In this document: positions 57,701 to 64,000 of the stretch, piece after piece
Layout of the letters: the number at the start of each line of letters is the position of its first letter
How positions within the stretch are numbered: position 1 is the first letter of the stretch
Source: a virus
Length of the DNA stretch: 64,000 nt
IMG/VR virus record: IMGVR_UViG_3300016665_000370
Span: 29,978 to 93,977 of that record
Direction: 5' to 3' (one strand)
Translations under genes and position numbers: made by a program
Notes under the pieces: model-generated
The model's database searches: none
The model's input: the letters and a program-made list of their open reading frames with translations, nothing else
What the model was told of the DNA's origin: nothing

Positions 57701-60540
57701 ACAACTCCATTTGTATGTAAGTATCTTTCTCCTGCACTAACAAAATCTAATGCTGATTTTGTTAATTCATTCTCACTTACATTACCAAATTCTCTTTTAT
57801 CTGCTAAGTTTTCAAATCTATTTGTTGATTGATTTAATGTGCATGATCCTAACAAAAATACTTCTTGATCTAATTCAAGACTTGAATATAATTGAATGTC
57901 TAAAATGTTATTTGTAAATGTTGATAATGAATGATCAACATTTAATTGCAAATCTATATAATCAATTTGAGATTCATCAAAGAATCTAGTTACTTCTCCT
58001 ACATATCCTGTAGTCAATGGACCTTGTTTAGTTACAACTCCATCATATCTACATAAATAACCAGAATACATTCCAGTTGTTTCATTGAAAGATAATATAT
58101 TAAATGCAATTTTGCTTATTTTTCCAAATTGATATCCTCTTAATTTCTTGGATACTTCAATTATATTAAAATTAGACAAATTAGATGAAGCATATAATGT
58201 TTCATTATTTACAACTAAATTAGATCCATTAATTGTAAATCTAGCTCTTTCGTGAGAGAATGTTTTTCCATTTGAATCTATATAAATTTCAAAATATCTT
58301 TTAAAAGATGCTGCTGTAAGATCATCATTTGCATTTTCTATATTAAAACCTATAGAATCATCTGAAAAATATAATCTTACTTGTGAACCAACATCTAATG
58401 TAGTTTGAGGACTTGTATTTTGTGCATGTACTGCATCATATACTGTGATTTCTGTATAAGCTGATGATGGGGAACAAACTACACAGCTAACATTTTCTAT
58501 TATAAATCTTCCAGAATCAATTGTATATCCATCTACTAATGGCTGAACAACTAATGTCTTTCCTATTTCTAGTTTAGAAGATCTAAGATCTAAATCTACT
58601 TGATAGGTAGTTTCAACTCTACCAAATGGACCTGGGAATGTATTTTTAGAAGTAACTGTACCTATCCAATAACCATCTCCATTATCATCTATTAATTGAT
58701 CTACTTCTAATCCAAAATTATCTTTTTCTGCTCCATTAACATAATAGTTATTTTTTGTTAATGGTAAAAAGACTTTTGTTGGAACAGCTTGTTCTGCTGT
58801 AGAATAGCTAGAGCTATATGGAGGGCTAGCTACATTTGCAGCAAAGATTCCAAAGCCTAATGCATCTTTTGGTTGTTGAACTTGAGCTAATGGATCTGTA
58901 TATTCAAATACATCTATTATATTATTTGGATAAGATGATTGAGTGGAAGATTGATCAAATTGACCGCTTGCATCTACAACTGCACTTACAATAGAGAATG
59001 ATGATCCTAAATATGGATCTGTCATTGCTATTCCAAATTCTCCATTGTATTCAAAAGCTGCAAATCTAATGTTTTTGCTTGATATTCTAAAAGCATCATT
59101 TGCAGATTCTATTAATGATTTTAATGTATATTTACCTGGAGTTGCTCCTTGATTTCCTGTAATATCTATTGCTGGAATAGATATTTCTCCATCTGCTGGA
59201 TTTCCATTTGGATATACTTTAAGATACAAATTGTAATGTGTACTATCAATTAAATTTGGATTAAATCCAATTCCTAATACAGAAGGAGATCTTGGATTAA
59301 TTGAAATTAAACTTGGCTTTTCTGAAAATTCATTATGTGCTTGAGCTAATGCTAAAACATGTTGCTTATTTGTATGATATTGTGGTTTAGATATTACTAC
59401 TGTAGCTGTAGTTGTATAAGCTAAATTTTTTCCTGCAATTCTTACAATAAATTTTTTAGTTCCACCAGATTGAATATATTTCTTTTCTTTTATAATAAAT
59501 TTAGTTTCTATTGAACCATAATTTACAGTAATAATATCTCCGGCTTTAACTAAACTAAATTGAGCATCAAATAAATTAGATGTAACAATTGTTCCTGTTG
59601 GTATTAGCTCAATAATATCATCGCCATTAGCAATATCATCTACTGGATTTGTTGAAGTACCATTTGTTCTTAGAAATGTAGTTGCTGTAACTTCTTCTAT
59701 TAGAATTTGACCATAACCATCATTTGTAAATGTAGATGATATTGCAGCTCTAGATATTCCATTTGAATAAAGATTTTGTACTCTTGATCCAAATAATAAT
59801 AAAGAAGATGTATCTATAAATTCTGCAAGTAATTGCAAATCATTTGTTGTTTTTGGAATAGAAATAAATCTTGTTGTATCTATATATAATCCAGCAGCAT
59901 GATGTGCAAAGTTATCTGGATAAACCAAACCATTTAATGTAGTTACATCGAGACCATCAGGACCATATCCATCTGCTCTTTGATGATTTACAAAATCAGT
60001 ATTAATATCTGATAGTAAAGTATAAAGATTTGTATTATCTCTAGCTGATTCAAATTTGTTATCTAAATAATTAGAAGTACTTGAAGAAACTAAAATTTGA
60101 TCTGTATAATGATTGTAAGAAGTACCAGCTATATGAGAAGATATTTTTGCAGAATTTAAATTAATCCAACCTAATGCTGTGTTTGAATCAATACCCAAAG
60201 AAATAATCATATTATATAGATCTTGTGTTGAATGATCTAATAATAATTTAGACTCAAGTATTGCAGCATTTGTTGCAACTTGAGTATCATCAATAGGTAA
60301 AGTAACTAATCCAAGTCCTGTTAAAGATGATGGATTTATAGTACCATCTGGATTTAAAGATACATCTAACCTATCTGATAAACTTGATAAAGAACCTGAT
60401 GCTGTAAATCCAATTTCTTCTTCTATTGCTATAACTGCTTCTTTTAATGCATTGATTGCAGTTGAACCAATTTCTGTTATGTTATCATATACAGATGGTA
60501 TTGTTGAATCATCATCTATTGAACCTGGAAAATTACTCAT
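54724..60540 (-). CDS. Large fibre/appendage protein with C-terminal right-handed beta-helix (pectin-lyase-like) region
   Basis: N-terminal SNFPGSID...INALKEAVIAIE, Asn-ladder repeats (IENNTF-type: VVGNTI, IEKNTF, ISENQF, ITNNII), GGAG RBS. Confidence 0.7.
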   Translation of the reverse strand: MSNFPGSIDDDSTIPSVYDNITEIGSTAINALKEAVIAIEEEIGFTASGSLSSLSDRLDVSLNPDGTINPSSLTGLGLVTLPIDDTQVATNAAILESKLLLDHSTQDLYNMIISLGIDSNTALGWINLNSAKISSHIAGTSYNHYTDQILVSSSTSNYLDNKFESARDNTNLYTLLSDINTDFVNHQRADGYGPDGLDVTTLNGLVYPDNFAHHAAGLYIDTTRFISIPKTTNDLQLLAEFIDTSSLLLFGSRVQNLYSNGISRAAISSTFTNDGYGQILIEEVTATTFLRTNGTSTNPVDDIANGDDIIELIPTGTIVTSNLFDAQFSLVKAGDIITVNYGSIETKFIIKEKKYIQSGGTKKFIVRIAGKNLAYTTTATVVISKPQYHTNKQHVLALAQAHNEFSEKPSLISINPRSPSVLGIGFNPNLIDSTHYNLYLKVYPNGNPADGEISIPAIDITGNQGATPGKYTLKSLIESANDAFRISSKNIRFAAFEYNGEFGIAMTDPYLGSSFSIVSAVVDASGQFDQSSTQSSYPNNIIDVFEYTDPLAQVQQPKDALGFGIFAANVASPPYSSSYSTAEQAVPTKVFLPLTKNNYYVNGAEKDNFGLEVDQLIDDNGDGYWIGTVTSKNTFPGPFGRVETTYQVDLDLRSSKLEIGKTLVVQPLVDGYTIDSGRFIIENVSCVVCSPSSAYTEITVYDAVHAQNTSPQTTLDVGSQVRLYFSDDSIGFNIENANDDLTAASFKRYFEIYIDSNGKTFSHERARFTINGSNLVVNNETLYASSNLSNFNIIEVSKKLRGYQFGKISKIAFNILSFNETTGMYSGYLCRYDGVVTKQGPLTTGYVGEVTRFFDESQIDYIDLQLNVDHSLSTFTNNILDIQLYSSLELDQEVFLLGSCTLNQSTNRFENLADKREFGNVSENELTKSALDFVSAGERYLHTNGVVQGFDLDGYAPNPANNQIYLNGGIAVVNGKFVLMNADTIEIPILKELYLSTNYNILWALCINDKNEYVTYPILDVSSTGNVVVSRRFTAIDPATGSSYKIEALNINTLLNRKDLLLLYTVSSSISGSSAPFTVVLTPKDARKFSYSSDGLVLKYTSDKEFGNFRSVKSLFTWMNLSKSYHSKASIKGADETFDDGSVFTLTSTSLIEIDGENDATLTFTNNSKFSINNVVLKNMTINFESSVPNLFFINNCQLINCTINGLYDSLSSSGYFIFLSGSKLIDCTIELTYDGTTYLNDKVISLQSNCIIENLDGTLNCTASIDATPNFITSSGSNNKINNSTFSGDFRKAIELTNCSNVEVVGNTIATSFSGANDSTYNSNYLCNYRSGGVVGLSCTSQIKNIKIEKNTFNCNNVTDRLSFIGVLLSNNGSSINSLSISENQFYSTGFTNIDMNAAIHVVGYTSTTNTTGIYNYLINSKINNNYANSHQNIIFAPAIHSDDKIYLNLVPISVEINGNICGSIGYFASVGVKESNAVSEPLAFTANNSSEFDLDISRNNCKYIRTSDGYGRTFVVGADDGTNRTSLVNPSTKIEKNNASFIHVYSVSTLSTKIISNNNLPAYDNSYAMFTPFVNSTFTSTLNNLTAYSIAVNSLAVPGLFGEGNVTISNNNIFRSGWVNSLGTPVSYSPSGYIRSDARANIESNTCYSADGSTLDLVTVGANLCRITNNIISRSASISSYIKYNNFLTGDAGSSTTGIVTNNSFDNSTIDGTVDNLLKANFPENWIVNQNINQVEYANFSLNTEKVEYNSASTIKNISNDSTVTLVPLQTNQLDIESLITVLSTADTNEKWYSKQWNLNNHLPTNVKIIGCKMNIRKETGTLNLLSLFSINCTKLSTTFSNQELNINVSSVAIPTILTDDPYIGTTLTDSVLGAEYNGAVLGASITIEIDSSDLTSNNFVINNGTPIILAVRLNYQVSSGTLNMLISPILLKYKW

Positions 60541-60552
60541 TTTTCTCCAAAA

Positions 60553-60948
60553 TTATTCTTTTATGCTATCTTTTACTTTATTTGCTAAATCTTCTATTGA
60601 ACTTGATTGTAATTCTTCTGCTTTCTTTAAAAACAAACCTTTAATTATTTTATATGCTAATCCAGAAAAAAGTCCTGCAACCAATCCAAAGAATCCTCTA
60701 GCACTATCGCTACTTATTCCTTCTGGATAAGGATATTGTTTTAATAATAGACCTAAAACTAATCCGCCTATTACTGGACCAACTGGTAACAATAATTCAT
60801 TCCATACTTTCTTTAATTTATTGTTTATTGTTGGTTTTAATGAAAGCAAAAATTCTACAGATGTTCTTGCTATATATGTAAAAGCTGCTATTCCTAAAGA
60901 AAATATTACAAATTGCCAGCTTATTAGTATTTGAAGTGATAAATCCAT
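60553..60948 (-). CDS. Small 3-TM membrane protein, holin-like
   Basis: Three hydrophobic segments and a charged C-terminal tail; 131 aa. Confidence 0.6.
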   Translation of the reverse strand: MDLSLQILISWQFVIFSLGIAAFTYIARTSVEFLLSLKPTINNKLKKVWNELLLPVGPVIGGLVLGLLLKQYPYPEGISSDSARGFFGLVAGLFSGLAYKIIKGLFLKKAEELQSSSIEDLANKVKDSIKE

Positions 60949-60976
60949 TTGTTACCCTAATTATTATGCTCTGATA

Positions 60977-62110
60977 TTAAACTTCATATATTGTATATTT
61001 TATATCCCCTAACCATACAGTTACATCAACGCTATCATATCCGCTTGTTATTTTTATTGTATTAGATACTGGTGTTATTGTCGGAACTGTAATAATCGAA
61101 CTTACTTCTTGATATTGAACTTCGGTTGTTCCAATTTGAGTCATTGATAAACCATCTGTTTCAAAAGATGCATTTAATATAAAACAAGCACTATTGCCTG
61201 TTCCAGCAATTGCAACTATTCTTGCACTAACTAAAATAATAGATGCATTTGATGTAGTAAATTCATCTAGTTTATCTGGAGAAGATGGTGCAACTGATAA
61301 TTGTTTTATTCTATTAATAGTACCAGCGGCTGAAGAACCATTTATCCATTCTGTAGGAGTATCTCCTATATTGAATGTATCCCCATTTGCATTTTTTACT
61401 TTTACTTTACCTGATCTTGAATATAAATGAGATCCGCCTACAGGATTTGATACTGGATCTGATGCTGTATCAAATATAAATAAACTATCATTTGCCGCTC
61501 CTGGAACATTTGATGTTGTAGCATCTCCAAATAAGCTTATTATTTTTGTTGTTGTTGACAACTCTTTTGCTGTAAATATATTTGCAGTATTTAAATTAAT
61601 ATTTAATTTTCCTATTAATGTTCCGCTAAAAGTATTTCTGCCTCCTGTTTGTAATACAACATCTCCACCATTACCACCAAATACATTAGTAGCAGATTGA
61701 GCAGTTATTTTAATACTTCTAGCAGTTGTTCCCGTACCAGAAAATTTAAACTCTACATCTGTAGATCCTGTATTATTAAAAACAACATTTCTTGGAGTAA
61801 ATATAATTTCATTTGTACCGTCTCCTGTTATTTGAACAACATTAGGAGATGTCGCAGTTCCTCCAAGGTCATTAGATAATTGTATAAATCCTTTTGTAGC
61901 TCCATCAGCATCAACATTAATTTCTGTTAAATAATCTGACAAAAGTTCTATTGCTTGCCTAACATTTTCTGCATCAGTTCCATTTATATTTACAAGTGGA
62001 TCTAATGTAATTGCAGCTCCCTCATGTTGATCTTGAATTCCATCAATATGATTTTTAAAAACACTTGCATTTACTACTAATCTACCTGAATTCCCTATTC
62101 TTTGAGTCAT
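60977..62110 (-). CDS. Putative fibre/whisker-type virion protein
   Basis: DADGATKGFIQLSNDLGGTATSP fibre-type repeat, GGNGGDVVLQTG, DPVSNPVGGSHLYS. Confidence 0.6.
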   Translation of the reverse strand: MTQRIGNSGRLVVNASVFKNHIDGIQDQHEGAAITLDPLVNINGTDAENVRQAIELLSDYLTEINVDADGATKGFIQLSNDLGGTATSPNVVQITGDGTNEIIFTPRNVVFNNTGSTDVEFKFSGTGTTARSIKITAQSATNVFGGNGGDVVLQTGGRNTFSGTLIGKLNINLNTANIFTAKELSTTTKIISLFGDATTSNVPGAANDSLFIFDTASDPVSNPVGGSHLYSRSGKVKVKNANGDTFNIGDTPTEWINGSSAAGTINRIKQLSVAPSSPDKLDEFTTSNASIILVSARIVAIAGTGNSACFILNASFETDGLSMTQIGTTEVQYQEVSSIITVPTITPVSNTIKITSGYDSVDVTVWLGDIKYTIYEV

Positions 62111-62111
62111 A

Positions 62112-63683
62112 TTATAATATGATCAAATGTGTATGACCCAAAACAGGTAATACTTCTAATTGACCAGTAGATTGATTATATTTAACTTGATGAGAATGAC
62201 CTTGAGATTGACTTGTTACTTGATTATATAATGAAATAGATTTTTCATTTATTCTAATTGTATGCTTATGAGGAATTAATCCAGTTGCAGAAGCTAATGT
62301 AGTATCTAAGTCTTGAGGAACTAATTCTGTATTTTTAAATACAGGAATTTGATAGGCAATATCTGTTTTTCTAATTCTTTGGACTCTCATTTTCTGTCCG
62401 CCAGTTTGTCTTAAAACTGTTCTTTGTCTATTTACTGATAATACTTCATATCTATATTCTTCATTATCTGCAATATCATATCTAACTAAAATATCTCTAT
62501 CTTTTATTTGAGGAACAGTTAATGTCCAAGCTTCTGTTGTAAATTCAGATTCTAATCCAGTTTCATACATCTTAATATCTTCATCAGCAGGACCAAATCT
62601 AACTAATATTCTTCCATCAGATCTTCGTGGATTAAAGAATTGATTATAAGATAAAACCATTCCTCTTCCAAAGCATTTTAAACATCTATCATCTGGATAT
62701 TCAGAAGATGGTTGAAAACATGAACATCTAATTCCTGTTGTTTGTAATGATAATAATACTACAGGATCTGCTGTTTGTTCTAACAAAACTTCTTGTCTTT
62801 GATTATTAGCATCTTGGAAAGATAATGGTCTTAATACTCTTCCTACTCCATCATATCCATCTGCACAAAATTGATATCCACCTATATAAGATCCAACACA
62901 TTCTCCAGCTAATAATTTAGAAGGATCTCTTCTTCTCCATCCTGTATATGAAAAATATGGAAAATTAATTTGCTCTTCATTTGTAGAAAGATCTGTATTT
63001 AAAATATCAAATTCATTTTGTTTAAATCCATATCCATCTCTATAAGCATAATTGGGATACTCAAATCTAGACTGGCACATCATTACTTTATCAAATGATG
63101 AATCTTGTTCTCCTATATATAATGATACATCTGGAGATAGATAATTATACCCATCATATCCATCTACTGTATGTAAAACTGGAAATGTATTTCCATAACC
63201 TCTTAATGTTGCTTGAAGATCTAAACCTGATATTCCATCATATTCAATTAATTCATATCCAATTTTAACAATGCCGCTAGCAGGAAAATTATCAATATCT
63301 TCTAAAGGTATATTTAATTGAGAATCATTAATATCTTCCCTTAATGTAGTAGAAGGAATTACTTTAAGACCATTTCCAATATCAATTAAAGTAGATAATG
63401 TACTTGTTAATGAATTGTATTCAACAGGTCTTAAATTAAAGAAATACAATTGACCAGGAATAAAATCTGTGAATGTATATTCTGTTTTAGAATCTACAGA
63501 AATATATTTAGGTAATGTTTCTAATACGTTATCTTGATCTGTATCCCAATAAATTGCATAAGCAATATCATTTGATGTAGAATTTGGATAAGCAGAATAC
63601 CATCTTAATTTTATAGAATATCCATCTCCGGTTGAATTTACATCTTGTAATCCAAACCTAGTTTTAATTAAGTATTGTGGCAT
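62112..63683 (-). CDS. Putative head-closure/neck protein with FN3-like N terminus and Zn finger
   Basis: IKLRW...YAIYW...YFFNLRPV (FN3-like), CSC...CLKCFGRG, PQIKDRDILV...RYEV, three C-terminal HxH motifs. Confidence 0.6.
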   Translation of the reverse strand: MPQYLIKTRFGLQDVNSTGDGYSIKLRWYSAYPNSTSNDIAYAIYWDTDQDNVLETLPKYISVDSKTEYTFTDFIPGQLYFFNLRPVEYNSLTSTLSTLIDIGNGLKVIPSTTLREDINDSQLNIPLEDIDNFPASGIVKIGYELIEYDGISGLDLQATLRGYGNTFPVLHTVDGYDGYNYLSPDVSLYIGEQDSSFDKVMMCQSRFEYPNYAYRDGYGFKQNEFDILNTDLSTNEEQINFPYFSYTGWRRRDPSKLLAGECVGSYIGGYQFCADGYDGVGRVLRPLSFQDANNQRQEVLLEQTADPVVLLSLQTTGIRCSCFQPSSEYPDDRCLKCFGRGMVLSYNQFFNPRRSDGRILVRFGPADEDIKMYETGLESEFTTEAWTLTVPQIKDRDILVRYDIADNEEYRYEVLSVNRQRTVLRQTGGQKMRVQRIRKTDIAYQIPVFKNTELVPQDLDTTLASATGLIPHKHTIRINEKSISLYNQVTSQSQGHSHQVKYNQSTGQLEVLPVLGHTHLIIL

Positions 63684-63700
63684 ATAATGATGTTCTTTTA

Positions 63701-63921
63701 TTAAAGATATTTATATTCAATTTCTTCTGCATCTTTAATATCAATTGGATCTGTACATAATATATGAGGTATTCCTCCAAACATTAATGGATCTTCATCT
63801 TTCTTCATACACTCAATATAATATTCTACAGTTTCTTTTGGTATTTCTTTTAATTCTTTATAAGTTTTTATATTTATTTTTTTATATGCTTTGTCTTGAT
63901 TTGTTTCAAAATTATCATCAT
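63701..63921 (-). pseudogene. 3' remnant of a gene interrupted by the IS element
   Basis: A start-less open frame begins right after the IS end: DDNFETNQDKAYKK...ELKEIPKETVEYYIECMKKDEDPLMFGGIPHILCTDPIDIKDAEEIEYKYL*. Confidence 0.7.
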
Positions 63922-64000
63922 GTGAATCACCCCACCCTAAAGGGTGGGGCTTCTGCTAAAAGCAAGGCTAATTCCTAGCCTTTTTATGTTTAAAGCAGCA
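63922..64000 (-). mobile_element. Right end of an IS200/IS605-family element (tnpB 3' end and omega-RNA/RE hairpins)
   Basis: Minus strand GAAGCCCCACCCTTTAGGGTGGGGTGATTCAC, a GC-rich subterminal hairpin ending in TCAC. A second hairpin AGGCTA-N5-TAGCCT lies upstream. Confidence 0.88.
63937..64000 (-). CDS. tnpB: TnpB C-terminus (partial)
   Basis: AALNIKRLGISLAFSRSPTL* matches the tail after the RuvC-III D-x-NAAxNI motif. Only 20 codons are visible. Confidence 0.75.
   Translation of the reverse strand, partial: AALNIKRLGISLAFSRSPTL

Noticed and set aside
1156-61879. Short plus-strand ORFs in the track (for example 1156, 2791, 5860, 15238, 48120, 55610, 61194)
   Set aside because: They are antisense shadows of long minus-strand genes with low-complexity translations and no recognisable motifs.
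15321-63683. DGY as a DNA-level repeat (GATGGATAT)
   Set aside because: The Gly codon takes all four forms, Tyr uses TAT and TAC, and the flanks share nothing, which points to protein-level selection.
63745-63978. Plus-strand 77-aa ORF
   Set aside because: It is antisense to the gene remnant and the IS right end. Its HPTLKGGA tail is just the translated IS hairpin.
63922-64000. IStron (group I intron plus IS605) that would splice out of the host gene
   Set aside because: Group I introns end in G, but this element ends in TCAC. No intron core is visible in the window.
1-64000. Stop-codon reassignment
   Set aside because: Multi-kilobase ORFs are intact in the standard code, and TGA acts as a stop in many ATGA overlaps. 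TAG stops are rare, but no gene appears fragmented by TAG.
1-64000. tRNA, rRNA or riboswitch genes (including a cobalamin switch before nrdJ)
   Set aside because: Intergenic gaps are under about 90 nt and AT-rich. No cloverleaf or riboswitch core was seen.
1-64000. Apparent abundance of GATC and scarcity of CG
   Set aside because: This is an impression only and cannot be separated from codon and AT bias without a k-mer calculation.

Overview
This is an AT-rich, densely coded segment of a large (jumbo-type) tailed phage genome with a contractile tail. Nearly all genes are on the minus strand and read in the standard code. From left to right: (1) a replication and regulation block (1-10.1 kb) with an intein-split class II ribonucleotide reductase missed by the ORF track, a sigma factor, two FmdB-type Zn ribbons, a DnaB helicase and DnaC-like loader, an intein-split SF2 helicase, an Sm/Hfq-like protein and a tubulin/FtsZ-family GTPase; (2) a glycosylation cassette (10.1-15.3 kb) with a GT4, two GT2s and a degenerate RmlB-like SDR, plus an atypical Fpg/Nei and a membrane protein; (3) a baseplate and tail module (15.3-46 kb) that includes a -1 frameshifted tail chaperone pair; (4) five related HNH genes carrying seven nuclease-type domains around the tube and sheath genes (44.7-51 kb); (5) sheath, neck, fibre and holin-like genes (51-63.7 kb); (6) the right end of an IS200/IS605 (tnpB) element inserted into a gene at the window edge. 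The strongest unexplained signal is the tripeptide Asp-Gly-Tyr. By hand count it occurs 30 times in eight putative virion proteins, and never in the non-structural proteins or the predicted internal tail proteins. The glycosyltransferase cassette abuts this structural operon, which suggests a sequon-directed virion modification system. That link is inference. All product calls come from motif recognition and synteny; no database searches were run.
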